From the NCBI RefSeq assembly GCF_963921235.1, contig NC_086097.1, forward strand, positions 127,970,001-128,034,000: a DNA stretch of 64,000 nt, in the 5' to 3' direction. The translations under genes were made by a program, and so were the position numbers. A model generated the notes under the pieces. It worked only from the letters and a program-made list of their open reading frames with translations, searched no databases and was not told where the DNA came from. Positions 13,281-27,289 of the stretch are shown here, piece by piece; positions within the stretch are counted from its first letter, which is position 1; every line of letters begins with the position of its first letter. Source of the DNA: Mobula hypostoma (taxonomy: Eukaryota).

Positions 13281-14053
13281 ACAACCTTATGTTTCCTGAC
13301 TCTGGCACCTGGTAGGCAACATACCATCCAGGAATTTTGATCTTATCCACAGAATCTCCTTTCCATTCCCCAATCACTACAGCTCGCCTCTTCTCTCCAC
13401 TTCCAGTTACCTGTGTCCTGTACCTTGGGAGTAACTATCTCTCTGTATGTTCCTGTCATATCAACCCCACAGCCTCCTGAATGATCCTAAGTTCATCCAG
13501 TTCTAGCTCCAACTCCTTATCACAGTATGTTAGAAACTGCAGCTGGATGCACTTTTTGCAGGTGTAGTCATCAAGGGTGCTGGAGATCTCCTTGCCTTCC
13601 CATATCTTGCAATAGTAGCATTCCACTTTCCTGTCTGGCATCCTTACCACTCTAAATGTGCAATAATAAATAAAGAATAAATAATGAAAACATCTACCTA
13701 TGTCCTATGCCTCTCCTCGCCGAAGCCTTGATAAGCCAATGCCTCAATTCCTCACTCTAACGCTGGCCCTCTCACACAATGGCCACTCCTCTTAAACTTA
13801 ACTTCTTTATATTGCAATAGTAGCTTAATACTAAATACATACCGCTCCTTAATGGTAGTCTTCTTCCCCAGAACCAGGACAGTGGTAAGCAGGGAGAGCT
13901 GATGTTGCTGTGCTTGTTGTCAAGTGTCGACAAGACAGTAATGAGAGGAAGAGAGTTAAATACAACCACAATGGTTGGAATGTGCATACACATGTGCATG
14001 ATTGCAGAACCCTCCTGTGAGGGAGCACAGACCCTGCATGGTTGTGACATTTT

Positions 14054-14350
14054 GGGTCGCACCATGGTGCAGTTGGTAGAGCCTCTACCTCACAGTGCCA
14101 GAGATTCGGTTTCGATCCTGTCCTTGGTCATTAGTTCTTCCTGAGGTCACATGGATTTCCTTCAGGTGCTCTGGCTTCCTCCCATGTTTCAAAGACCATT
14201 GTAAATTTCCCTTGTGTGTAGGTGAATGTTAGAATCTGATGAGAACTGATCAGAATATGGGATGAATTAAAGAAAAGAGCAGTATTAATACAAATGTAAA
14301 GGTGGCCATTCAAAGGGCTTTTTCTTTTGCTGTATTTCTTTATGACTCTA
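14054..14350 (+). mobile_element. tRNA-derived SINE (HE1/V-SINE-like), degenerate
   Basis: A-box-like TGGTGCAGTTGG, B-box-like GTTTCGATCC, V-domain-like GGTGCTCTGGCTTCCTCCCA and a CR1-like tail. Confidence 0.65.
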
Positions 14351-15653
14351 TCAACATCCTGATTTGAGAATAAGTATAACGTGCTTCAAACAGTAAATTC
14401 TATTATGAAAATTGTACTATGCACTGGAACTATTTGACTTGTACTGGGTATTTCTTTATTATGTGTGAAAGCATATTTTGATTCCTCAATACACAGACAT
14501 ATTTCCTAAATGCAGTGTATGATCATAGATATAAAACCTCCTTAGCCACTGTACATAAAGGAGAATACTGTATTACAAATACATTACATGTTTTGTCTTA
14601 ATATTCAAGATCAAATCCCCAGTGTGATGGTCCTGGAGCTACTGAATGTTTAAGTGCTGCTTTGGGAGCAATGGGTTGTAAAAGACAGCAGTGAATTAAT
14701 TTAATGGAACAATGGCAATATCAGGAGACCAATTTTCAACAGATCAGTTATTTTATAGTCATTTACATATCTCTTGTTCATTATAGGCACTGTAGAGAAG
14801 GTTTTCTTGCTCCACAGACATGTTCTTTCTGTATTCTTGCCACGTGGAATTGAAACCATATTTGTGATCCTACTCTCTGCCCTTCAACACCTTTTATCAA
14901 ATACACCACACTCATCCCACAGCTGTACCTCTTAGAACTTCCAGTTGGGTTCAGTGAATCAGCAGAAGGAAGAGTATCGAGTCAGACTCTGATAAGTAAG
15001 AATCATTTCATACACTTGCATTCTGGAGGAGGAGATTCTTCACAGAACATGTAATGTCTTCATGGGCAGTGATGCATAGCTGTCTAGATATTAGATTCTA
15101 CTCACTTTTCCCGCACTAAACATGTTTTTAGCCCCAGTGCCTTATCAGAAGGATAAGCTTCTATCCTAACTTTATTGGACATTTGAATGCATCTATTGCT
15201 AAAGATGAAATATTGATCTGCCAATCTACCTTGCTCTGGCCCTTGCACTTTATTTGTTTCCCTGCACTGCACTTTCTCTGCAGTTGCAACACTATACATT
15301 GAACTCTGTTTTTCTTTTTACTACCTTGATATATTTATGAACAAAATGATCCATCTGGCATGCAAACAAAAGCTTTTCGCTGTATCTCTGCACATATTAC
15401 CCTAATTAATCAAAATAAAACTGAATTTGATGAAATTTCTCTTACAAAAAAGGTTAGAGTGCTTTTTCTCCCCGCTGAGGAGAGCTTAAAAATAATCATT
15501 GTGATATCCAGCAGCAGCTCTCCACAGCTGTACACTATTGCCTTTAGAAAGCACAGGAAGCTGATCCTGGGTTTAAAAAGCACTCTGTGGTAGTCATAGA
15601 AAGAAAGGCAGATATGCAGGCTAGAGGGCAGGTCCGCATACTCTTCCCCCAGT

Positions 15654-18600
15654 TGTGATTAGTACCTCCAAAACACGAAACTAATTGAAAGAAAAAACAC
15701 TGAGTCTGGAATGTGTGTGCTTAATTTTGTTTTTACTATTAGTGAGGTGAACATTTATGACATGGTGGCATGATGACATTTGCCATTCATATACTTTTAC
15801 ATATAACCCACAATGCATTATGTGAACAACAAAGAATACTTAATCAAACAATACATTTAAAATATTACTCAAATATTAAATGCACAACACGCCTCACTGC
15901 TCAGCTATAAACTCCAGCTCAACATAGGATGCATCTTCACTCAAATATGTATTGTATTGCTCTCTAGTCATTATATACATATAATGCATGGATTTTGCTG
16001 GTTTCCCTTTGGATCATCTCTGCCGAAACAGGGAGACTTTCAATTTGCGTTAGGGAGAATAAATATAGAGGAGTGTCTTCTTTTGTAAATTTTTCAAGTA
16101 TTTCCTTTTCCAAGGATAAATGGAACAATTCTTCAGCATTTCCATGATTAGTTGTCCTCTTGAATTCGTTCTTGTAATTGTGTCCACCAAGAAACAGAGC
16201 CCATCTCTGCATTCTTGTTGCTGCTATTAGTGGATTGAAAATGGACACTAGTGGTTGATGATCAGTAATGAGGGTAAATCCTCTCCCATACAAGTACTGG
16301 TTGAAAGCTTTTTACATCCCAAACCAGACTGAAGGCTTCTCTATCGATCAATGTGTAATTGTTTCTGCAATGGTAAGCGAACGTGATTCAAAGGCTGTGG
16401 GGCGTTCACTTCCATCACTTATAACGTGTTAAACAACTCCACCTATAACATAAGGCAAGGAGTCACAGTCAAGCTTCAGTGGACGATGTGGATCATAATG
16501 TGTGAGTACAGTGTCTGACGTCACCATTTCCTTGACCTTTTTGAAAGCCACCTTACACTGCTTTGTCCATTGCCATTTCTTCCCACTCTGTAGTAATGAG
16601 TTCAAGGGGTGGAGGACAGTAGCCAGGTTTGACAGGAATCTGCTATAGTAATTGATAAACCTTAAAATGGACCACAACTGTGACATGTCCTTTGGCCTTG
16701 GTGCATCCACCACTGCTTGAATTTACTCAGCACACTTGTGTAATCCTTGTATGTCAATGGTATTACTACAGTAAATGATGCTTGGTTTAAAAATTCACAC
16801 TTGTTGCGCCGTGCTCTGAGCCCATAATCTTCCAATCTTTTTAACATTGTCTTGAGATTTTGGAGATATTCTTCGTCATCCTTATTGGTAACAATGATGT
16901 CATCCAGGTAACACTTAAGTGCCAGGACAGCCTTGCAGTACCTGGTCCATAGCTTTCTGCCAGAATGCAGGTTCTATCCCAGAAATAAGCCTATTATAGC
17001 AATAAAACCCTTTTTGTTTATGGAGAAAAACACTTTGGACTCTTTTTCCATCTCCATCTGTAGGCAGGCCTCAGCTAAGTCCACTTTTCTGAAGTGTTTT
17101 TCTCCAGAAAAGTTTGCAGAGTTATCCTCTATCCTGGGCAGAGGGTGTTGATCTACTTTCAGTATTGGGTTGATGGTGACCTTAAGATCACCACACATCC
17201 TGATAGACCCATCCTTCTTGGCTACTGGGACTACTGGTGTTGCCCATGAGCTCCAATCAACCTCTGGCCACTGGCAACTCTATCATAGATGGTACATGGT
17301 ATCGGACGGGCTTTGTAAAACTTGGATGTGGCATTTTTATTTAACACTATTTTACCCTTGATACATTTGAGTTTTTTAATCCCATTCTTGAACACTGCTG
17401 TGACATCATTCAATACTTTTCTTAGTTTGCTTTTGGTTGACTCTGTTGCAGGAGATGTAGCATGTAAATGGTGGACCGATCTCCAATGAAGTTGTAGTTG
17501 TCTCAGCCACTCACAGCCCCACAATGCTGGCCCTCCTGTTTTTACCACATACAAGCCCAATGTGGCTTGATGGTTGTTATATTTCACTGTTATGAATGTC
17601 ATTCCCATAGGAATTATCTTCTCTCCAGTATAAGTTCTTAGTTGGATATCCATAGGCTTCAGTTCAGTATCTTTGAAATGCCATCCATATTCATTTTGTG
17701 GAATGACTGAAACAACAGAGCCAGTGTCCAGTTTGATGTATACAGTCCTTCTGGTGTGTAAGCCATATTGTTTGTTTATTGTTAGTTTTCACACAATAAA
17801 TCTGAAGGCTACTCAGTCCTGTGACATTCTCATTACTATCAGATTTTTCATCAACATTACGCAGATTGGTGCTCTTTATGAAACTGCAACTTGACTTTTT
17901 ATTGTTTTCCCTTCTCCGTGCAGTCCATTTATTTTCCTCTACCTGGCGTGCTCTTTGGTGTGTCCCAGTTTGTTGCATTTTCTGCAAGTTTCACCTTTAA
18001 ACCTGCATTGGATGTGAGCCCCTGTCACAATGGTATCACAATTTGTTCGGCAAGCCAGGCCTCTGTCTAATCTAGGGTTTACAACCCCTTTTTATGCCAT
18101 GGACCCCTACCATTAACAGAAAAGTCCCATGGCTCCAGGTTACAAGCTACTCATCTAGACACTGTAATTTTGTTCACACTCACTTTCATTCCTGACTGCA
18201 ACTCAATTACATCTCTGTCTGTTATTTCCATCGATGCAGCTATTTCAACTGCTCTTTTACATGTGAATTGTGCTTCAGTTAGACACATTTTTGAATGCTT
18301 TCTTGTAAGATTGCACAAACAAAACAATCTCTCAGTGCACTATTAATGCCATCACTGAATAGACAATGCTCAGACAATCTCTTTAATTCAGCAATGTAGT
18401 TTGAAATAGACTCCCCTTCCTTTTGATTCCACTTATGAAATCTGAAGTGTTCTGTAATCAGCAATGGCTGTGGTTCTAAATGTTCCTGCATTGCATTCAC
18501 AATAACAGCACAGCTCATTTCAGCTGGTTTGTTTGGAGCAGTTAAACTTCTAAGCAAACTGTATGCTCTTGCACGTAATGCATTCAGCAAAACTGGCGCT

Positions 18601-19203
18601 CGTTTCTCATCAGCTATTCCATTTGTTCTAAAAATATTGCTTAATTTGCTCAGTATACATCAGTCAGTTACCTTTTGTGCAACTGAACACATCTACCTTT
18701 CTGGTGCGGCCAGCTATTTCTAGTCCTTTTTTATTTATAATTATTATTATCTTTTACTCACTGTTTATGAACCTGTGAACTCATCCGTTTTCTGCCTTTT
18801 TTAAAAATCTTGACATCTTTTTCCCATTTTAACGAGCAGTTGTTGCAATTTTTAAAAACTTGACTCCTCGTACTTTTTTAAAAACTCAAACATCTTGCTG
18901 AGCTTCAACAGGTAGGTAGTCATCTCGAGTTTGTTTAAAACTTCCCTGTTGCACTGTTATGTTTTGTTACTTCAAAAAATAAAACTAATTGAAAGAAAAA
19001 ACAGTGAGTCTGGAATGTGCGTGCTTAGTTTTGCTTTTACTTTTAGTGAAGTGCGCACTTATGATGTGATGGTGCGATGACATATGCATTCATGTACTTT
19101 TACATATAGCCCACAATGCATTATGTAAACAACAAAAAATGCTTAACCAAACAATATATTTACAATATTACTCAAATATTGCTGAAATATTAAATGCATA
19201 ACA
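15654..19203 (-). mobile_element. Degenerate Ty3/gypsy LTR retrotransposon with both LTRs and no integrase
   Basis: Direct-repeat LTRs at 15654-15889 and 18955-19203 (TG...CA) with flanks CCAGT / CCACT. Remnants of gag (AYSLLRSLTAP, LRDCFV), protease, RT (CGDLKVTINP, HPLPRIED, YLDDIIV) and RNase H (FTLITDHQPL, RMQRWALFL). Confidence 0.9.
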
Positions 19204-20874
19204 CCACTTACCCCATTTCTAAGATTTAAGCACTTGAAGTTTCAATCATGATTTCATCTTGTGGACAGAGGTGCTGGAAAGCAGCTGTAGGTGCTCAAGC
19301 AGAAGTTTATAATGGCATGAAGGAGTAGAGGCTGGTACAAATAATAAGATTAAAAGAGATTTGGACAGGTACATGGATAGAAAAGGCCTTGAAGGATATG
19401 GCCCAAACACAGGTGAAGGACATTAGCTGCGGTAAGCTTTGTCAGTATGGTTGAGTTGAGCCAAAGGACTTGATTCTATGCTTTATAACTCTACATTTCT
19501 ATGATCTGCTGCACAAGTCCATTTGCCTAGGAAGCAGAAGTGACCTCGCAATTTCAGTGATCTAAAATAAGGTCCTGACCTCAGGTGTTGCCATTTTGGT
19601 GTTTGTACATTCTTTGTGACCATGTGGGTTTCCTCTAGGTTGTCCAGTTTCCTCCCATATGTCAGCGATATGCAGGCTAGCAGATGAAATGGCTACTATG
19701 AATTTCCACAAATGTGTAAGTGAGAGATAGAACTTTGAGTGGTTGATGGAATGAAATGTAATCTCTGTACTTTGGTATTAGAAGGTTATCTCATTGGGTT
19801 AAATATCCCATTTCTATGCTATGTCACCATGGCTAAATAACACTACTGTTGTTGCTATTCTATCTAATTTACAAACAGATCCTTGTTTAGTAGTAAGCAA
19901 AAATTGCAGATTATAGTTTGCTTTCTTCCATCAATTTTAACCATTAATGAAGAACTGAACACTGTGCATGTTGGTAATACCTTTAGCTGTATAAATGACA
20001 CTGATGTAATGACTCCTCTGCTATGGTGAATCCCAGCTGGGAATATCCAGACCAATTAATTCCCTTATGGATGGGACTTCAATTGGAAATAGATGCAATC
20101 ATGTGAAAGCATATGCAAGGTGCTTTCACGTGCATGTTCTGCATAGAAATTGGTGCACCTTATCGTTCTAGGTGCAGGTGATCCTTGGGTTACATAAAGG
20201 TTCTGTTCCTGAGAGTTGTCCATAAGCTGATCTCAGAGATGAACGGTTACTCCAACTTAGTAATATGAAAATGTATTCCTTAACAGTCCTTTTGGAATGA
20301 CTTTCAAGAAGTAGACTGTGGAAGGTCAGTGTAGGTGACAGGAATTGTTACCAGCAAGTGAATGATGATGAATGTTCATCTGAATGCAGCCCCGGTGAGT
20401 GATGGGGGGGGGGGGGGTGAGGCTGATCTTACAATCACTGAGAGAACAACCACAGTTTATAAATTAAAGTATGAAAGTGTGTTGATGAAAGGTGAATCCA
20501 GGTTTGTATTGCTTCTTCTGAACTGGAGACTTTCGAGGGGATATCTGCTTTTCTATGGATGATCTCAGTGCTGCTTCCTGGTGAAGAGTTGGAGTACTAT
20601 GCCAGGCAGCAAAGTCTGAGAGAATTACTGTTGAGTCTGATTTCTGTCAGCCAGCTCTTCCATAATCTGCAGAGCCCTGTACTAGGCAAGGCACACACAC
20701 ACACACACACACATGAAAATAGTGTATTGAATCCCTGTTTTACAAGGCTTAAGTCAATAAGAGTGGGTGGGGGATATCAGAAGTTGAGATGTGGACAGTG
20801 AGAGTAGAATTCACATCTGTAACGATAGCACTGATCAATGGTCACGGGACAGTGATGGTGGTTGATTGGGGAAG

Positions 20875-21290
20875 ATTCATTTAAGTTTTTCTCTGTCAAA
20901 ATCAAAGGCAAGTGTATTATCTTATGCACAAGGACATGTACGCACAGGTGCAATACAGGTACTCACTTGCCACAGCATAACAGCCAAAAATCTTTAACGG
21001 TACAACATTCACAAGAAAAACATATATTAAACATAAATTGTACAAAATTAACAAGAAAGAATGCTGATGGAATAAATAAAACAAAATCCATTGCAGTGTA
21101 AAGTAGTCATGGTATTGCTATACTGAGATAATAATTAGCATTATGCAGATAGGTTCAAGCACTGAATGGTTGATGGGAAGTAGCTGTTTTTCAACTTGGT
21201 GGTGTGGAACTTCAGGTTTCTGTACCTCTGACCCAATAGTAGCTGCGAGAAGATGCCATGGTCCAAATGGAGGGGATCTTTGTGGCAAAT
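20875..21290 (-). mobile_element. Rex1/Babar-like LINE 3' remnant
   Basis: Reverse complement of the same C-terminal motif and 3' UTR seen at 8075-8490. Confidence 0.55.
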
Positions 21291-21809
21291 GCTGCATTAT
21301 GAACTAGTAGAACATACCAATGAGTTGCAGAAGATCGAGTCATCTGTTGCAGAAACCAGAGGTTGAGGAATGAAATCTAGTTCTTCTTCCTGTCACCTTA
21401 AGTTTCTGTCATTCACTTTGTCATTCATAACAATCCCCAATGCTTTATACTGCTTTGCTACAAGATGACATAATTTGCATGCAAAATATTCCCGATACCT
21501 TTACTGGGACAACATAATTCTCACAGATGGTCTAAAGCTTCTGAGGACGATGGTGCTAATAACTTAGCTAAAGTTGCCTGGTTTAATGTATGCTTATTAA
21601 CAGAGCCCCACTGTCTTACATTTGGCTGATATAGGCAAGTAATCTCATGGTCACTTCACTTTGCAAACCATATTTCTAAGCAGCCAGCAACCTCACCCCA
21701 CCCCGACACACCCACTGTGTGTGAGTAGCCTGTGCTCTGTAACACTGTTTGTAAAGCTGTGTTTTTAACTTTAAACCGATTATTGCCTGCAATTTATGGT
21801 ACATTAAGA

Positions 21810-22725
21810 ACTGAAGGAGGTGGCGCAGCAAGCAACGCTACCAAAGGTGACATCCTCAAGGTGGGCCACGAAGCAACTCCTTTCACTTCATTTATATCTC
21901 CTTTTTATTTCAGGTATGGCTCTGCTGCTGTTAGAACCTGTTATCTACCTTCTGGCAGTGTGATTTTGGGCCGATCAAGTGATCTGGCGCTTTGCTGTCT
22001 CTGAGAGTTTTCCACAAGCCTGTGACCAAAGTGTGCGACATAGAGGCCGGGCAGACAGGAGATGGGGCGCGAGCCCATGATAACTCCATCCCTCACCATT
22101 CTCACTGATTCAACTGCCAAGGAAGACTGAAATCATCAAGGTGGGTCCCGAGGGCAAGCGTTTGTTCAGCGCCGTCCACCAGCCTCTCGCTTGCTGCTAC
22201 TGGAGAAGGTATCTATGCATGGCGGTCTCTCTCTCTCCCTCTCGTTCACTGTTGTCAAGGGAAGGACCTTGCATTTGAATAATCTCTCCCTCCTTTGATG
22301 CTGCCAGTGGAAAAAAAAACTGGAGCACGGTTTAATTGATGCATTTTGTAGATTTGGATTCTAATTCAGTTTTCATGGTGTGTTCTAGTTTCTAGTTCTA
22401 GTTCTGGTCGTTCTTTTCTGTTACTACTTCTGGGCGAGCTTTGAATTGGGGTGGCCTGCAGATGATAAACACTGAGCTGTGCAGTACTGAAGTACGCCTT
22501 TTGATTTTGAGTTTTATATTCTGTGTTTTTCACTCAGTTTTTGTTATTGTTTGCGTGGCTTTTTTGTGCGCGGGGCAAGAGGGTTTGATGTTTGATGTTC
22601 TTCTTTGGTTCTGTGGTTCTTTGTTTCATGACTGTCTGTGGGGGAACATGAACTTTGTGGTTGTATACTGGATAATACTTGGATGATAAATGTAATTTTA
22701 ATCTTTGAATCTGAACTGAACTGTT
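21810..22725 (+). mobile_element. Non-coding retroposon-like repeat with a LINE-type (TGAATC/TGAAC)n tail
   Basis: GC/CpG-richer 5' part, T-rich 3' part, and an ending ATAAATG...TGAATCTGAACTGAACTG like the local Rex tails. Confidence 0.45.
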
Positions 22726-23124
22726 CTTGCTTACATCAAGAAGTTGAGCAAGGAAACTTTGTTAGAAGTTTAACTTTGTCACAGACAACTCTGACCCTTT
22801 GCAAAGATCATGCTGCTGTATTAGAAAACCAAGGTTACCAGTAAGCCCCTTGAGTTCTGGAAAGTGAATATCTATAACAACCTTAGTTATTGAGATTCTT
22901 GTAATTGAAGGGGGAAGTGGAGAGATTTAGAAGATAATTTGAAGGATGGAAGCACCACTGAATATCATCAGAACTGTTCGTTTTGAACTTTTTGCAATCC
23001 ATTCAGCTCTACCAGAGAGCCACAATAGCAGGTCTTATATAGTCATACAGCAATGAAAAAAAGCTAATTAGTCTGCAGAGATCATTGAGCACCCATTTGC
23101 TCTAAATCTAGTTTAATCCTTGGA

Positions 23125-23350
23125 GAGATGAGAGACTGTAGATGCTGGAAACTGAAGCAAATAAACAATGTGCTGGAGAACCTCAATGGGTCAAGTAGCA
23201 ATTTGTGGGAGGAAAGAAATTGTTGGCATTTTGGGTCACAACCCTGCAGGTGTCCAAATACAGATTTTTGACCTGAAATGTCAACAATTCCTTTCCTCCC
23301 ACAGATTATGCTTGATCCGTTGAGTTCCTCCAGCAGGTTGCTTGCTGATC
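23125..23350. repeat. Old degenerate palindromic PLE pseudo-LTR derivative
   Basis: CTGTAGATGCTGGAA...CTGGAGAACCTCAATGGGTCAAG is inverted against CTTGATCCGTTGAGTTCCTCCAG. Confidence 0.6.
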
Positions 23351-24231
23351 CAGTTTCAACCCTTTTTTATTCTCCCAGTATTCCCATCATCTCACCACAG
23401 GCTTTGCTACTAACACTATACTTGTCTACTCCATGGGGGGCTATGAAACAACCAATACACATGCTCCTGCTACATAGGAGGGATCTAGAACGCTGGATGG
23501 AAACGTGCAATCACAGGGAGTATGTGCAAACTCCACACAGATAGTACTGCAAGTCGGGACTGAACCCAGGTTGCGGTTCTACTAACTGTGTCTCTGTGCT
23601 GCTTTACAGCACTATAAGGCCAGATTAATTAGTACTTGCCCTCACAGTTATGTATGAACTTATGAAGTGTTGATATATGTATAATCTTCTGAAATGCTGC
23701 CATTCCAGTTTCCTTCGTAGATCAGATTGTGAAAGAGGAAGATAAAAAGAGTGAAATAGAAACACAGATCAAAGTACAAAGAAGAAACAGCAAAGTAATC
23801 CAGTGAGACATTTATAGCATTAGAGAGCAATATATTTTGTTCCTTTACTTGTGCCAATGCCAAGGGAGATTACCCACTGGTATGTAATAGAACTTTATTT
23901 GTTATCCACAGTCTTGAAGTTGAGGGACTACTGTTATTTTAGTTCTAATTGTCCAATACATCAGAATGACTGTGGCTGTGAGATTTCTCTCACATCTATT
24001 TCCTAAATGCCACAATCTCAATACTACAAAATGCACGCACAGATAAATTTTAAGTGAGAGTGAGAGACACACAGATATATTTGGTGTAGATTTTTCAATT
24101 ATCACAGAGCTAGGTGTTTAATTTACTGGGAATATTATATAGTTTATCTTTTGTGCATTATAAAAGATAGAAAGGGTATATTCGTCAACTTCGAGATGCA
24201 TTGATAAACAGATCCCCTTCTGGTTAATGAA

Positions 24232-24410
24232 GCTACAAGAGACCGCAGATGCTGGAATCTGTAGCAATATACAAAGTGTTGGAGGAGCTTGGTGAGTCAG
24301 GTAACATCTATGGAAGGAAGAGGGCAGTCAATGCTTTGGATTGAGAACAGTCCAGATGAATGATCTGACCCAAAATTTCCCTCTGACCTGCTGAATTCCT
24401 TCAATGTTTT
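24232..24410. repeat. Old degenerate palindromic PLE pseudo-LTR derivative
   Basis: GCAGATGCTGGAATCTG head, decayed hammerhead-like region and a partial inverted arm. Confidence 0.5.
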
Positions 24411-25194
24411 AGACCATTGACTCTTCTGATTAGTCCTCATTATTTCAATTCAACAACATCGCTTCCTTATTTTTAGGTTGTTCCACATTAGACATGGAGA
24501 CATCGTCATAGAGTCATACAGCAGCAGACCCTTTGGTCCCTCAAGTCCGTGCTGACCATCGTCAACCCAGATGCACGAATCCTATTTTATTCTCCTACAT
24601 TCTCATTAAGTTGAAATGGGGGAAGAGAAGAATAGAGAGAAAGAACGTGGAGGTGTTTATCGGGTGGATTCAATGCCATAAGTAGTGGTGGTGTTGGCTG
24701 TAGGAAGATAGTATCTCTGGAGAGAATGTAATCAAGGGTTTGAGTTTGAGATATCAACAAAAAACAGACAGAGAAAAACACTGCATGTTGTAAATGTGAG
24801 GTGAAATAATGGACTGGATGATCATCTGAAATTATTGTATGCAATGCTGTGTCCCAGAAGGCAAGTTAGAACTGTTAGGCAAATATTTCATGCTGAGGCC
24901 TTTAGATTCATGACTTGACCGTTGGTTGTTAAAGTTTCCAACCAGTGGTAGCCAAGCCATGCACCTAAAGCCTTCAGCTCCTGTGGGCTCATGATTTGGT
25001 TTGGAGCTCACATGGCCCCGCTCACAGTGGGTCAAACAAACTCAAAGGGTGCAGGCTTCGAGTGGCAACTAGGCCATGGTCGTCATATCCTGGGCTCTTT
25101 TGCCTGAATGCCCCAGCAGTTTTTGTTCCAAACCTATGGCTTTGAGCAGTTTTAAATGTCTCTGATAGAGATATTTGAAAATAGTCCACACACT

Positions 25195-25555
25195 ATGAAT
25201 CAGATTCAGGATCAGGATCGGGTTTAGTATCACTGGCGAAATTTGTTAACTTTGCAGCAGTAGTACAATGAAATACATGATAAATATAGAAAAAAAACTG
25301 AATTACCCTAAGTATATATGTGTATTAAATAGTTAAATTAAAACAAGTAGTGCAATAACAGAAATAAAAAACAAGTAGTGAGGTAGTGTTCATGGGTTCA
25401 TGTTCATTTAGGATTTGGATGGGTGAGGGGAAGAGACTGTTCCTGAATTGCTGAGTGTGTGACTTTAGGCTTCTGTAGCTCCTTCCTGATGGTAAGAATG
25501 AGAAAAGGACATGATCTGGGTGATAGGGGTCCTTAATGTTGGACACTATCTTTCT
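25195..25555 (-). mobile_element. Rex1/Babar-like LINE 3' end
   Basis: ORF IKDPYHPDHVLFSFLPSGRSYRSLKSHTQQFRNS with a (TGAATC)-like tail. Confidence 0.75.
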
Positions 25556-26049
25556 GACTCCATGGCTTTATACTTAAATAACCTTAGAAACTGACAAATA
25601 TCTTTTAAAATACTAATAAATGAATACAATATAGTGAAGTGACTGACATACTTGTAGGCACAGAGTTAGTGACCACACTTAAATTAGGTGGGGGTATTGC
25701 AATTCTTGCACCCAACCTCCCTGACATAAAGCGGAGGGACCAGGTATGAAGTGCATTTGTCTGTGTCTCTGCACGTCATTGACCCACTGCTCACCGTTAG
25801 ACTCTAGTTGAGTATCTGTGAAAGTCGGGAGACGAGTAGAGCTGCAAATGGCAGTGTAACAGGGAGAGGAGAGTTGATTATCTTCGAACATGGATCTAAA
25901 ACTTTTCTAAAAACATGAAGACTCTCGTAGGTGGCTGGAGGAAAGTTCACTGGGTTGGCAACCTTCCTGGCTACCTTAAACAGGCTCCAGAACTCACCCC
26001 ATTTCTCTCCTACCCAACCTTGCTATTGATCGGTAGTTGTTAACTCCCT

Positions 26050-27289
26050 TGCCGAACAGTCTCATTCCTCTACTTCCACAGAAGGCTAAGGAAATTTGGC
26101 ATGCCTCTGCTGACCCTTGCCACTAAAAGCATCCTATCCAGATGCATCGCAGCTTGGCTTTGAAACTGCTTTGCTCAAGGCAACAAAAAATTTCAAGATA
26201 TGAACACACTTCAGTCCACCATGAAAATTAGCCTCTTGTCCATGGGCTCTCTCTACTCATTTTGCAGCCTCTGAGAAGCAGGCAACATATTCAATGACCT
26301 CTTCTACCCTGGTCATTCTTTCTTCGCCCTCCTTCCATCAGGTAAAAAATACAAAAGCTTCAGAACCTCTATAACCAATTCATGGACAGCTTCTGTCCTG
26401 CTGTTATAAACCATTGAGCAGACCTCTTGTACAATGAAGATGAACTCCTGACCTCACAATCTACGTCATCATAGCCCCTGCACCTTGTTGTCTGCCTGCC
26501 CGTACCATGTAACTGTAACTGTAACACTGCATTCTGTCATTGCCTTCCTGCATCACCTCAATCTACATATTGTGAAATGATCTGTATGGATAGCATGCAA
26601 AATTAAGCTTTTCTCTGTATCTCGATTCCAACTTGCCAAAATGATTATTTCACTGGGGGTTGCTCAATGCCAATCTGTAAAATGGTTGTTAAAGGACAAG
26701 TCTTCATGCAAAAGCACTTCATTCACTTTCCCCTCGTCCCAATCTCCCAACCAGAAGCAGCAGGAAGATACTTTTGAATCTGGGTTACTCATCCTCTTCA
26801 ACAGCTTGAAGGGTCTGTCCTCGGCTGAACACATTGATGTAATCATAAAAGGGTGTGCTAGCAGCTTTACTTTGTTCCGAATAGATGTACTATGAAGACC
26901 ATTCTGATTGGATACATTGTAGCCTGATTGGATGGGTCAAGTACGAAGGATCGCAAGAGGCTGTGGAAGGCTGTAGACCCAGACAGCTCCGTCAGGGACA
27001 CAACTCTCTCTCCAGCAACAAGGACATCTTCAAGAGCTGGTGACTCAAGCAGGCAGAATCCAACACTAAGGAACTTCCCCACCCACGACATACCCTCTTC
27101 TTGTTACTACCACTGGGGAGGAGGTACCCACACTCAACATTTCAGGAACAGTTTCTACTCCTTCACCCATTTGATTTCTGAACCCATAAATACTACATTA
27201 TTCCTTTTGTTCACTTGTCTTTTGTAATTTTGAGTAATTTTCTGTCTTTGCACTGTCCTGCTGCCACAAAACAACAGATATCATGTGAT
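26050..27289 (+). mobile_element. Two tandem degenerate Rex1/Babar-like LINE 3' remnants
   Basis: Decayed C-terminal motifs at about 26050-26630 and 26760-27289. The tail of the second resumes at about 28618-28655, after the RTE insertion. Confidence 0.55.

Larger units (their letters stand above)
8490..13850 (-). mobile_element. Old, long CR1 LINE interrupted by a hAT (9129-11310) and a PLE hairpin (13077-13280)
   Basis: Tail at about 8490-8510. RT C-terminus (RPNLEYSVQFWSP), KENPKDFYRYIK, endonuclease (VGDFNFPHIDW, LDLLLGNE) and ORF1 zinc-finger/coiled-coil remnant (CKIWE...DDYTCKKCIQLQ). Confidence 0.9.

Noticed and set aside
20403..20712. Poly-G run and (CA)n tract
   Set aside because: Ordinary simple repeats.
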